From: Spirochaetota bacterium | GTDB taxonomy: Bacteria > Spirochaetota > UBA4802 > JAFGDQ01 | DNA length: 64,000 bases | Assembly (NCBI GenBank): GCA_034190085.1 | Contig: JAXHTS010000055.1 | Span: forward strand, 10,117-74,116 | Direction of reading: 5' to 3' | In this document: positions 1 to 10,502 of the stretch, piece by piece | Position numbering within the stretch: position 1 is the stretch's first letter | Layout of the letters: each line of letters opens with the position of its first letter | Notes under the pieces: model-generated | Seen by the model: the letters and a program-made list of their open reading frames with translations, nothing else | The model's database searches: none | Told to the model about the DNA's origin: nothing | Position numbers and translations under genes: made by a program

Positions 1-230
1 TCTAATACTGAATCCACCGATTCTTTTATGTCATGTGAGGCTACATAGACCTCAACCCTGTTGCAAGTTGAAATGCATACAGCCTCCTTTATCCCGCAAG
101 AGCACAGCCTTAGTAAAAATTCAGAAATATTTTCATTTGCCAGGGAGAAATGTTCCCTCATTTTGACTGGCGCAGTTTTATGGCTCATTCCAATCAGTAT
201 TATCTCGGGTATGCCATTTTGATTATCCAT
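1..230 (-). CDS. hemA: Glutamyl-tRNA reductase (HemA), N-terminal part; the gene runs off the 5' edge of the window
   Basis: The reverse complement of 1-230 translates to MDNQNGIPEIILIGMSHKTAPVKMREHF...ISTCNRVEVYVASHD. This contains the HemA N-terminal signature and the catalytic CNRxE(V/I)Y motif. The ATG at 230-228 lies 3 nt after the stop of the upstream ORF. Confidence 0.8.
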   Translation of the reverse strand, partial: MDNQNGIPEIILIGMSHKTAPVKMREHFSLANENISEFLLRLCSCGIKEAVCISTCNRVEVYVASHDIKESVDSVL

Positions 231-232
231 GA

Positions 233-1087
233 TTACCTTAAGCTGTGAAATCCTGAAGTAATATAAATATTGGTGAAGATGAACAAAAACATTAACAGAA
301 GGAAAAATGCGATATTGATGATGCTGATATTATGAGAGGCTATTCTCTTTATACGCCTTATCAAAAAAATGGTAAAAATTACGATCCAAGAAAAATATGT
401 GTGAAACTCCTTTGCGGTTCCGAGGGAAAGTGATTTATAACTAATAAATACCATCACAACACCAATTATAATGCCTACTGTTAGAAGTATCAAAGATCTC
501 GATATTGCCCAGGCATTAAAATTTTCAATTGTTTCTAGATTTGGCAATTGATATATCAACCTCATTGATCCCTTTTTCCGTAGTTGCCATTCCATAACAA
601 GATAGAGTATAGAGCCTACAAAGCTAAAAAAGAAGAATAATTCTCCAATTATTGTAATAAAGATATGAGCTGGCAATATATGCGATGTTAATACACTATA
701 ATCTGTTTCAACGGTAACCCTTCTTGTGGAATTGATAAATGGAATTGAGATGATAAGCATAATCGTAATAAAAGGAAAAGCAAGGGCCATAAAGGATCTC
801 CAATGGTGATGCCACCTAGAAAAATAGAGATAAAGGATTATCAGTATTAGTACAAATGATAGTATGTAGAAATAGCTCCATATGCTGGAAATGTTCTCCA
901 CAAAGCCGTCAATGGAGGAGGTATAGATCCTAATGAATCCAAGAATTATCAATAAAAATGCTGAAACAAAAAACAGATATTTTGTCTTATTAACATATTT
1001 CTCCTTTTTTGAATGCAATGATAGAATGCTAAAAAAAGAAGTTAAAATAAAGAGAATCAGGGTTAAAATAAACGCTAAGTTAAACAT
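233..1087 (-). CDS. Polytopic membrane protein, cytochrome c assembly (HemX/CcsA/YpjD-like) family
   Basis: 284 aa with about 8 predicted TM helices, sitting immediately upstream of hemA and probably co-transcribed with it (hemA-hemX-type linkage, order reversed relative to Bacillus). No WGxxWxWD motif is visible, so this is not a true CcsA. Confidence 0.45.
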   Translation of the reverse strand: MFNLAFILTLILFILTSFFSILSLHSKKEKYVNKTKYLFFVSAFLLIILGFIRIYTSSIDGFVENISSIWSYFYILSFVLILIILYLYFSRWHHHWRSFMALAFPFITIMLIISIPFINSTRRVTVETDYSVLTSHILPAHIFITIIGELFFFFSFVGSILYLVMEWQLRKKGSMRLIYQLPNLETIENFNAWAISRSLILLTVGIIIGVVMVFISYKSLSLGTAKEFHTYFSWIVIFTIFLIRRIKRIASHNISIINIAFFLLLMFLFIFTNIYITSGFHSLR

Positions 1088-1634
1088 AACTAACCTTTAA
1101 GGTGATTTATATTGATTTAATATTCGGTTAATGAATTTCACTTTCTCCTTCTACAATTATTGTAAATTGTTTCCATATATAATTTATATAATAGTACTTG
1201 GATATAAATGTCAATTTCTTTATAATACAATATCTCAAGATATGAAATATTCATATAAGTTGAATTATTCACAATATATATCTCTAATGATTACCCTCCA
1301 TGCCATGGATGAGGGTAATATAAAGGCTACTCGATTGATAATAAATATATATAGGATAAATAAACATATTTTCCTCTTACATTTTTTTCAAGCTAGCATT
1401 GAAAAAGAATGAAAATCCTTGAATATTATATCATATTTATTATATACTTTATCTTAATAAATTAATGTTTTGACAATGTAGAAGAATTATATTTGATTTT
1501 TCAACGCCTATTTTTTACTAAGTGTCAAGCTTTATTATTTAATAACTTAGGATTCGAGGGCTATCATGTATTTTTGAGTGCTGAATGCATCTATCTTGAA
1601 AATATTAATAAAAGAGTTATTAAGGAGGAAATAA

Positions 1635-2857
1635 TGCGGGTAATATATAAATCAATGACTATTCTAATACTATTTTTGTCGCAGGCCTTCCCCTTCACCG
1701 ACCAAACTACTACTGAAAGAATTATAAAGGAGAATAAAGATTTCATAAACTTTATGAATGTCTCAATAACAAACTTTGGTGATCAAGAAAGAACGAATCT
1801 ATTTAAAGAATTATATCTGATTCATTTTAATGCCTTTGTATCATACCTTCAGTCAGATTATAAAAACGCCTACAAAAAGCTCTATGACTCTCAGGAACGG
1901 CAATCTCTTTTATATTCATACATAGTCAAAAAGCTCTATTTAGATTCATCAAAAGAAATACTAGACAGCCTAGCCCCAATTATTATAAAATCAAAGAATA
2001 CAAGAGCAAGAAAGTATCTATCTTTAGGATATAGGGATAGAACTGTTGGGAGAAATAATTTTGTTTTTGGTGAAGCCTCAAATCCAAGGCTTCACTCAAA
2101 TAAGATCTATAAATATATAAAGGCAATCAAAAGGGTTAGGCGAGCAAAGAGATATGGATTTCTCGCACTCTGGGAATGTCAATCCGATGAGATGAAGAAG
2201 GAGATATATAACCATCTTATAACAAAGGAGAAGGGAGCTGGAAATCACTTTTTCAATAGATTTTTAATACAGGGTGATGATGAATTTCTGCAGGAGATAA
2301 ATAAAACCTATAAAGAACATAAGGAATCAATTGAGAACAAGAAAGAGACTCAAACACAAGGAATAGACCAAAAAGAAACACCTATGAAAGGGAGTATAAT
2401 AACTGCAGAGAGTAGAATTGAGAAGAGAGTCAGATTTCGTCAAGAGAAGACTACCGCAAACTATCTATTGAATTACGAATTCGACGGGGTTGATGACATG
2501 ACACGAAAATATATCAAGGATTATAATTTTAAGCTAATTCAAGCTACCTTTGAGGTATTAGCAACACATAAGGGTGACTCAAAGGATGAAATTGATTATA
2601 ATAGCTTTAAAATTCATCATATGGATAATTACATCCGTTTATCAAATAAATCTGCAATAGATACCTTTGCTGATTACCTGAAGGTTGATGAGGTGGTTGA
2701 AGCCCCATCTGAAGAGGTGGGGATAACAATGGATACCGGTCAGCCTGCACAAGAAAAAGATGAGATTGACAAAAAAGAGAATAAAAATATAGATGGAATT
2801 GAACAGATAGAGGCAAAAGAGACGAAAAAGGTTGGGGATAGTACAGAGAAGAAATAA
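1635..2857 (+). CDS. Hypothetical secreted Lys/Glu-rich protein
   Basis: The ORF runs 1493-2857, but a strong RBS (AAGGAGG at 1623-1629) precedes the ATG at 1635. The product begins MRVIYKSMTILILFLSQAFPF, a signal-peptide-like N-terminus, followed by a K/E-rich low-complexity region. No recognisable domain. Confidence 0.5.
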
Positions 2858-3322
2858 TACAATATACGTGATCATTCAATACATAAACTACAATTAGGCG
2901 TACAATATTTGGAAAATAGTTGAACATGATAGAAAGATCTGATCCTTTGTTGAAATAAATTTAAACAAGCTTTCAAACAATATTAATTGATGACTAATCG
3001 TTGGAGATATATAATAATAAATTTCTTTATGACACTAAGTCAATGAAGCCTTTCTTTATTCATTGTAATCTGACATCTTTTCTGATTGATAAATTTCTCT
3101 AGACAAAAACATTACGATATAACTGATTTTACTATGATTATGAAAAAGATTATATGGTATTTCATACTCTTTTATACTTTCCTTTTCTGGATACTAATCA
3201 TCCTTGATTGCCTTTATTGGTATATCAATTGATAATTGGAGAAATGCATTTCCAGCACTTACATTGAAAGAGTAAGAATATTTAAATAATACTTACTTTT
3301 AAACAATAGAGATAACAAAAAA

Positions 3323-4177
3323 ATGAAAGAAGTTGTCGAAAAAGTAAAAACATCAATTGAAAAGATGCCAGCTCTATCGCCTGTTATCAATAAGATCAAT
3401 GAGGTGGCGAATGATAAGGGCGCCTCAGCTCAAGACCTTACGGATGTTATTCAACTTGATCCTGTTCTAACCGCAAAGGTAATAAGGATGGTAAACTCTG
3501 CCTATTTTGGCTTATCCCAACAGATAAAGTCACTAAAACAGGCAGTGGTAATGTTGGGGATTAATACAATAAAAAATGTGGCTCTCTCCTCCTCATTTCT
3601 TAGCATAGTGAATCTGAAGGGTCAATCCAGCTTAGATGGAGAGGAATTCTGGCAACACTCCCTCGGGGTAGCAGTTGCTTCCAAGCTAATTGCCAGGCGC
3701 TTAGGTGTTGATGAGACCTATATTGAAGAGTATTTTATTGCAGGGCTGATTCATGATATCGGGAAAGTGCTAATAAACAATTTCTTTCCTGACGAGATGA
3801 ATGAGATACTCGCTGCTTCTTCCAAAAAGGATGAACCAATTGTTGAAATAGAAAAGAGAATAATGAAACTATCACATGAAGAGATTGGAATTGCCATTGG
3901 GAAAAAATGGAAATTTGAGAATGCCCTTCTATTTGCTGTAGGCAAACATCATCATCCTGTTTTACAGGGCAGTTCTGCTATCTTCTCAATGGTTGTCTCA
4001 GTGGCAGATACCTTTGTAAAGATTTTGAAGGTAGGCTTTAGTGGAAATTATAAAATTGAACCTGTTCCTGAAGAGGTCTGGAGCGCCATAAACCAGGATG
4101 AAGAATCAATCTTTTCAGCTTTGTCGACTATTAATGAAGAAATTGAAAAGGCTAAATTATTTCTTAAGCAGAAATGA
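3323..4177 (+). CDS. HDOD domain protein
   Basis: Contains the HD-related output domain pattern (...GLIHDIGKVLI..., ...HEEIGIAIGKKW...). Its stop overlaps the start of the next gene (ATGA at 4174-4177). Confidence 0.7.
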   Translation: MKEVVEKVKTSIEKMPALSPVINKINEVANDKGASAQDLTDVIQLDPVLTAKVIRMVNSAYFGLSQQIKSLKQAVVMLGINTIKNVALSSSFLSIVNLKGQSSLDGEEFWQHSLGVAVASKLIARRLGVDETYIEEYFIAGLIHDIGKVLINNFFPDEMNEILAASSKKDEPIVEIEKRIMKLSHEEIGIAIGKKWKFENALLFAVGKHHHPVLQGSSAIFSMVVSVADTFVKILKVGFSGNYKIEPVPEEVWSAINQDEESIFSALSTINEEIEKAKLFLKQK

Positions 4178-5052
4178 ATGGACTAAAAATAACATTTTGG
4201 GGGGTAAGAGGCTCCGTACCTGTACCTGGCCCATCCACAGTTAAGTACGGCGGTAATACTGCCTGCTTCGATTTGAAATCAGATGATGGAGATTGGATTA
4301 TCTTTGACGCAGGAACAGGCTTGAGGGTGCTTGGACAGTCTTTAGACCTATCGAAAAATTACGATATACATCTATTTATCTCACATCCTCATTGGGATCA
4401 TATTAATGGTTTTCCATTCTTCCCGCCTGTTTATATCCCTGGCAATAGGGTTACAATTTATGGTCCAGGAACCTTTGAATTATCCCTTGAAGATATAATT
4501 AATGGCCAGATGAAATATACCTACTTCCCAGTACGTACAGCAGAACTCAATGCAGAATTTAAGTATAAAGAATTGAAAGAAGAATCTTTTACACTTGGAA
4601 ATCTGTATGTGGAGACTCATATGCTCAATCACCCGGTTACATGCCTTGGCTATAAAATAAAATACAGGGATAAAGTCTTTGTTTACTTAGGAGACAATGA
4701 GCCATATTATAATGTATTCAACGATAATGATAACGAGGTGGATCACTTTGCCAAAGATATGAACAATAGACTGGCTGAATTTGTCAAAGGCGCTGATACC
4801 CTAATATCCGATGCTCAGTATATTCCATCTGAATATGAAAGCAAGAGGGGTTGGGGGCACAGCACAACCCATGACCTTGTAAACATGTCCATCAAGTCCG
4901 GTGTCAAAAAGATCTTCTTCTTCCATCACGAACCGATGAGAAGTGATAGGGAATTAGATTTTATTGTAGATCATTATAGAAAAAAGATAAAAGAAAAGGG
5001 ATATGATATTGAAATATATGCAGCTATGGAAAATGCGACCTACGATGTATAA
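4174..5052 (+). CDS. MBL-fold metallo-hydrolase
   Basis: HxHxDH zinc motif (SHPHWDHINGF) plus downstream conserved His/Asp residues. Translationally coupled to the HDOD gene by a 4-nt overlap. Confidence 0.75.
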   Translation: MNGLKITFWGVRGSVPVPGPSTVKYGGNTACFDLKSDDGDWIIFDAGTGLRVLGQSLDLSKNYDIHLFISHPHWDHINGFPFFPPVYIPGNRVTIYGPGTFELSLEDIINGQMKYTYFPVRTAELNAEFKYKELKEESFTLGNLYVETHMLNHPVTCLGYKIKYRDKVFVYLGDNEPYYNVFNDNDNEVDHFAKDMNNRLAEFVKGADTLISDAQYIPSEYESKRGWGHSTTHDLVNMSIKSGVKKIFFFHHEPMRSDRELDFIVDHYRKKIKEKGYDIEIYAAMENATYDV

Positions 5053-5168
5053 GTCAAATCCTCTCATTTTCAGCGATATTTATAAAAGTATAATTCATAC
5101 CTTCTTTCATATCCAATATTAACTGATAGTACAAATTATAATAATAAATAATACATGAAAATCATATA

Positions 5169-6758
5169 TTATTTTTCCCTCTCTTTATCCTTTAACGCAG
5201 CCTTTTTTATCTTAAATGTAGAGGTCATTGGGAATTCCTTCAAGATTTCCAGATGTCTTGGGTATTTATATTTTGCAACCTTCCCCTCAAGAAACATATG
5301 AATCTCCTCAAGCGTCAGTGTTTCCCCTTCCTTGAGAACGACAAATGCCTTGCCAACTTCAGCCCATTTTTTATCCGGAACACCAATTATGGCCACATCT
5401 GCAATTTTCGAATGGGCATAGAGTACTTTCTCAATTTCAGCCGGATACACATTCTCTCCACCACTACGGTACATGTCCTTGGCGCGGTCCACCAAATATA
5501 AAAAACCATCCTCATCCTTATATCCTAAATCTCCAGTATCAAGTACGCCATTATTCAATACCTCGTTAGTCTTATCCGGCAAATTCCAGTAACCACTCAT
5601 AACGCAGGGACCCTGAGCAAGCATTCTGCCGACTTGTCCCATCGGCACTTCTTTCCCATCTTCATCCGCTATCCAGATATTCGTAAAAAAGCCTGGCAAT
5701 CCCACAGAACCGATTTTACTCTGAACAAACTCTCTGGGAACCGTTGTCATTGCAGAATTTTCAGTTTGCCCAAAACCAACCTGCAAATGAATACCTCTTT
5801 TACTCAACTCTCTAAAAAGACTCGTCGGAGTTCGCTCTCCACCTCCAAGGGAGTATTTAACACTGGAGACATCAACCTCATCGAGTTTGCCAGTCTTTAG
5901 AATAAAATTCCACATTGTTGTCAATGCAAATACAATTGTAGCCCTGTATTTCTGTATATCTTCAGCAAACTGATTGGCATCAAAACCCCGCCTCATAATC
6001 ATAGGAATACCATTACACAGAGCGGGTGTAGCTACGATAAAAAGACCACCAGAATGGAATAGCGGCAATTGAGCTAGTATTATATCCTCTGAAGTTATAT
6101 CTATATATGATCTAATCTGAAATGTCTTAAAATAAGTCTGCCCATGCGATAGCACTGCCCCCTTTGGATTGCCCGTTGTCCCGGAGGTATATACAATAGA
6201 CAAGGGATCGTCTAACGATACGATACTTGGCCCGTGAAGTTCATCAGTAGAACCTTCCTTGATAGCATCATTATAATCTATCGCCCATTCAGGGCAAAGC
6301 GGTGTGTCAGAATTGCCGGATTTCAGATAAACATACCTCCCCTTTTCAACTTTTACTCTGCTGCGAATACTATCAATATTCATCGTAAATGAATCATGAA
6401 AGGCTAAAAGACGCGAACCACTATCATTTATCTGATATTCTAATTCCGGTCCCACCATACGCCAATTTAAAGGAACAAAAATTACACCAAGTTTAGCGCA
6501 TGCAAGGTATATTTCAAGAAATTCAGGACAATTCAACATTACAACTGCGATTCGATCACCCTTTTTGATTCCAATTTTATGCATATAATCTACAAAACGA
6601 TTAACACCCTGATCCAATGCCTTATATGTATACCTTTTATCTTCAAAAATAAATGCTGTCTTTTCAGGTGTTATTGCTGCTCTCTTACTTGATATATACC
6701 CTATATTCCAATTCATTTGAATTTCTCCTGTAAAAGTGTTATTTGTCTTAACTTCCAT
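5169..6758 (-). CDS. AMP-dependent acyl-CoA synthetase/ligase
   Basis: AMP-binding signature YTSGTTGNPKG and a GYG-containing motif (TGDLGYKDEDG); 529 aa. Confidence 0.85.
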   Translation of the reverse strand: MEVKTNNTFTGEIQMNWNIGYISSKRAAITPEKTAFIFEDKRYTYKALDQGVNRFVDYMHKIGIKKGDRIAVVMLNCPEFLEIYLACAKLGVIFVPLNWRMVGPELEYQINDSGSRLLAFHDSFTMNIDSIRSRVKVEKGRYVYLKSGNSDTPLCPEWAIDYNDAIKEGSTDELHGPSIVSLDDPLSIVYTSGTTGNPKGAVLSHGQTYFKTFQIRSYIDITSEDIILAQLPLFHSGGLFIVATPALCNGIPMIMRRGFDANQFAEDIQKYRATIVFALTTMWNFILKTGKLDEVDVSSVKYSLGGGERTPTSLFRELSKRGIHLQVGFGQTENSAMTTVPREFVQSKIGSVGLPGFFTNIWIADEDGKEVPMGQVGRMLAQGPCVMSGYWNLPDKTNEVLNNGVLDTGDLGYKDEDGFLYLVDRAKDMYRSGGENVYPAEIEKVLYAHSKIADVAIIGVPDKKWAEVGKAFVVLKEGETLTLEEIHMFLEGKVAKYKYPRHLEILKEFPMTSTFKIKKAALKDKEREK

Positions 6759-7056
6759 TTCTAATCATGTAGTATATCAATTTCTCAAAGACATTGCACC
6801 CTGGATAAGGGCTGTATTTAATAATAACGCATCCCTTTAGTTATTCAAGTATTTATTTCAATAAGACGAAAGGGTTATTTACTCTATCAAGAGTTCTATC
6901 AAACCCTTTTTCTTAATTTTTCTTCTATTACCATGCTTTTCTGTATTCTCAATTTTATAGATTATAATATTGTATCGCATGTATATTTTTTCATTATTAA
7001 TTCCCCAATCTAAATTATTTCTGTATTTCAATATTATTCAAAGGTATAAGACCTTA

Positions 7057-7479
7057 TTAGTTCTCAAAATCCTTATCTCCTCTTTTTACATTTTCTTTTA
7101 CCCAATAAACTATCTCTTCTAATGATGATCCTGGCTTGAAAATCTCTTTTATTCCAGCGTTTTTCAAAAGAGGAATATCATCCTCCGGAAAAATGCCTCC
7201 ACCACAGACAATAATGTCATCAGCCCCATTTTCCTTTAACAATTCAACGACTCTGGGAAAATGGTATTTATGAGCCCCAGCAAGACTTGATAAAGCGATC
7301 ATATCCACATCTTCTTGAATAGCAGCATCAACAATCTCATCCGGGCTTTGATGAAGACCAGTGTACACAACTTCATAACCAGCATCCCGATAAGCTTTAG
7401 CAATAATCTTTGCGCCCCGGTCATGCCCATCAAGTCCTGGCTTTGCCACTAATATTTTAATCCTTTTCATGTTTGTCAT
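7057..7479 (-). CDS. Methylmalonyl-CoA mutase, B12-binding (small, C-terminal-domain) subunit
   Basis: Cobalamin-binding motif [25 protein letters not shown] (DxHxxG ... GG); 140 aa. Confidence 0.85.
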   Translation of the reverse strand: MTNMKRIKILVAKPGLDGHDRGAKIIAKAYRDAGYEVVYTGLHQSPDEIVDAAIQEDVDMIALSSLAGAHKYHFPRVVELLKENGADDIIVCGGGIFPEDDIPLLKNAGIKEIFKPGSSLEEIVYWVKENVKRGDKDFEN

Positions 7480-7538
7480 CTTATCCTATCCTTATATAAA
7501 TGATAACACTAATTATATTTCAACATCCCTGCATTGAG

Positions 7539-9224
7539 CTAAAATATACCTGGATCCCTGTATTCTCCAAAAACCTTTCTGAATATATCACACATCTCTT
7601 GAAGGGTGGCATAACTTCTCACTGCATCCAGAAGGGGTTCCATCACATTCTGATTCCCAGAAGAAGCCTCACCTAATTTTTCAAGACTTTCCTTTACACT
7701 TGAATTATCTCGACTATCTTTAATACGATTTGTTTTTTCTATCTGCAATCTCTCCAAGTTCTCATCTATTTCCTGAATCTCAACTGGTAATTCTTTTCCT
7801 GATATATACTTATTTACTCCAACTACAATCTTGTTTCTCTCATCTATCTGTTTCTGGTATAGATAGGCCGCATCGGAAATCATCTTCTGAGGATAATTAT
7901 TTTCAATTGCAGCGAGCATTCCGCCCATGTCATCTATTTTTTGTATAATGGCCAGAGCCTCCTCCTCCATTTGATCGGTCAATCTTTCAACAAAATATGA
8001 TCCTCCAAGTGGGTCAATGGTATTTGCAACTCCTGACTCATCAGCAATAATCTGCTGAGTTCTTAGCGCTATTGTTACAGCCTCTTCTGTTGGAAGGGAT
8101 AGCACTTCATCCAGTGAGTTGGTATGGAGAGACTGGGTTCCACCCATTACAGCAGCCAAGGCTTGAAGTGTGGTCCTTATGATATTGTTATATGGTTGTT
8201 GTGCAGTTAATGAGCAGCCAGCTGTCTGTGTATGAAATCTCATCCAACATGATCTGGGATTTTTTGCTCCAAATCTATCCTTCATAATTTTTGCCCAAAT
8301 TCTTCTCGCTGCGCGGAATTTGGCAACCTCTTCAAAAAAATCAAGATGTGAGTTAAAGAAAAAAGAAAAACGTGGCGCAAACTCATCCACATCTAATCCA
8401 CGGTCCATGGCAGCCTGCGTGTATGCGATTCCATCAGCTAGGGTAAAGGCAAGTTCTTGAACAGCAGTGGAACCAGCTTCCCTTATATGATATCCACTGA
8501 TACTAATTGTATTCCATAATGGAACTTCCTTCACCCCATATTCTACTGTATCAGTTATGAGACGCATAGAGGCTATAGGTGGACACATAAAGGTTTTTTG
8601 CGCAATAAACTCCTTTAGCATGTCATTTTGAATTGTGCCGCCTATCCGCTTTTTATCAATACCCCTCTTTTCAGCCATAACAATATACATCGCCCAGATC
8701 ACAGGAGCTGGCGGATTGATAGTCATGGATGTGGTTATCTTATCAATAGGAAGACCTTCAAATAGGTTTTCCATATCCTTGAGGGTATCGATTGCCACAC
8801 CGCATTTTCCGCATTCACCTACGGCCTTCGACGAGTCCGAATCGTAACCCATAAGTGTAGGCATATCGAATGCAGTGGAAAGGCCGGTCTGCCCCTCATT
8901 TACAAGAAGATGAAATCTCCTATTTGTATCCTCTGCCGACCCTAAACCAGCAAACATCCTCATTGTCCAGATACGCCCCCTGTACATTGATGGCTGCACC
9001 CCCCTTGTGAAGGGATATTCTCCTGGGAAACCTATATCTCGGACAAAGTCATTATCCATCAAATCTATTGGTGAATAGGTTCTATTGATATCTTGATCCG
9101 ATACTGTAGAAAATCTCTCAAGCCTTTCAGGCCTTTTGCTAAGAACTTTATTCAGCTTTACTGTCCATTTTTCATAAGCCCTTTTAATGTCTTCAAATGG
9201 ATTCTGGTTTGATCTCAAATTCAT
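7539..9224 (-). CDS. Methylmalonyl-CoA mutase, catalytic (N-terminal-domain) large subunit
   Basis: Conserved MCM TIM-barrel motifs (FTRGVQPSMYRGRIWTMRMFAGLGSAEDTNRRFHLLVNEGQTGLSTAFDMPT). Split arrangement with the downstream B12 subunit. Confidence 0.85.
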   Translation of the reverse strand: MNLRSNQNPFEDIKRAYEKWTVKLNKVLSKRPERLERFSTVSDQDINRTYSPIDLMDNDFVRDIGFPGEYPFTRGVQPSMYRGRIWTMRMFAGLGSAEDTNRRFHLLVNEGQTGLSTAFDMPTLMGYDSDSSKAVGECGKCGVAIDTLKDMENLFEGLPIDKITTSMTINPPAPVIWAMYIVMAEKRGIDKKRIGGTIQNDMLKEFIAQKTFMCPPIASMRLITDTVEYGVKEVPLWNTISISGYHIREAGSTAVQELAFTLADGIAYTQAAMDRGLDVDEFAPRFSFFFNSHLDFFEEVAKFRAARRIWAKIMKDRFGAKNPRSCWMRFHTQTAGCSLTAQQPYNNIIRTTLQALAAVMGGTQSLHTNSLDEVLSLPTEEAVTIALRTQQIIADESGVANTIDPLGGSYFVERLTDQMEEEALAIIQKIDDMGGMLAAIENNYPQKMISDAAYLYQKQIDERNKIVVGVNKYISGKELPVEIQEIDENLERLQIEKTNRIKDSRDNSSVKESLEKLGEASSGNQNVMEPLLDAVRSYATLQEMCDIFRKVFGEYRDPGIF

Positions 9225-9599
9225 AAACTCCCTCCAAATTTCTGTTCAGTTCATTAATGATTCTATTAATGAACAACTGTATTAATGATAATTATGCTTA
9301 TTTCACAAAACGATATTATGAGAAACGATTCATCCCCCACGAGCATCCTTCATATCAATCTCTTGGGAGAATCTTTATGTAATATAGATACCAAGCCCGA
9401 TTAGATGTGTGATAGATAATATCAATTCATTTTTTAAAAGTATTTTTTATAATTTTTGATGAAAATAACTCTATAAGCAACCGAATCACTTGAAAAAACA
9501 ACATAGCTTTATTTTAAGGAGATAAAAAAAAAAAGGAAGTTGAGTGATTGATTAATGATAGCTGGCTGAAATGCCTAGGTTTCTTAAATCTTGGTGTCA

Positions 9600-10322
9600 T
9601 CAAGTATATAGCCTTTTTGCAATAGAGAGTGTTTCTTGAGCCTCCTCAACGGATGCTATTCCTAATGCAACACCAGATATCTTATTCTGGCTGGTCAAAT
9701 ATTGCAAAGCCTCAAGGGGATCTAATCTCCCAGCTGCAAGAGCCTTTTTGGCGATTACGATCTTAGGGGTATTGCATATAATGTCAAGTGTGCTTTTACT
9801 GTCCTTTCCCATAAACCTGCCAATCTTATTTATAGGGGCAAGGTAGGTTGAAATATCAAGTTTGGAATCATCAAGAAAGGGGATTGTTGTTGCAGGATTG
9901 TGAGTAGCGCATCCAGGAATAAAATCATATCTTCTGATACTTTCTATAATCTCTTTAATGAGTGATAGCCTTCGTGAATCTGAAATCCTGGCATGAATGT
10001 ATATAATATCACTGTTGAGTTCTTCAGCATATCTGAGTTCCTCTTCCCAATCCTCAATTCCTATAACAAGAGATGAATATATCCTTTGAGTGGATATTTG
10101 CGATACTTTTAATACAGCATCCACAATCTTTCTATAAGCAATTACGTTTACAGCGTTAATCCCCATTTCCAATGATTTTAGTATAATATTAATCATATTT
10201 TCAGGCTTATTATACAGATTACTGTAATAATTAAGAGCGCGTGAATCGAACTGTCCAGCCCCTAGGAATGGGGAGGTTCCAAGTGATATCTTTGGAAATT
10301 CAATATTATCAATCTTAATCAT
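9600..10322 (-). CDS. Hypothetical protein (no confident family)
   Basis: 240 aa ORF with coherent coding statistics and no recognisable motif. Confidence 0.45.
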   Translation of the reverse strand: MIKIDNIEFPKISLGTSPFLGAGQFDSRALNYYSNLYNKPENMINIILKSLEMGINAVNVIAYRKIVDAVLKVSQISTQRIYSSLVIGIEDWEEELRYAEELNSDIIYIHARISDSRRLSLIKEIIESIRRYDFIPGCATHNPATTIPFLDDSKLDISTYLAPINKIGRFMGKDSKSTLDIICNTPKIVIAKKALAAGRLDPLEALQYLTSQNKISGVALGIASVEEAQETLSIAKRLYT

Positions 10323-10502
10323 GATTGTTATAGACAGAGATTATGGAAAAATAGATCATTATAATATAGACACTAATTACAGACAATTATAGCAAGAAAT
10401 TGGAAGCAAAACGATCAAAACTATTTATGCAAGGGCGTAATTTATAAATTGATTTCAAAACATTTGCAGATTGTATAACTAAATCCTGTGCTGCAATCCA
10501 TT

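Noticed and set aside
1131-1412. 93-aa ORF in the AT-rich intergenic region
   Set aside because: Composition is like the surrounding non-coding DNA, there is no RBS, and the product is implausible. Likely spurious.
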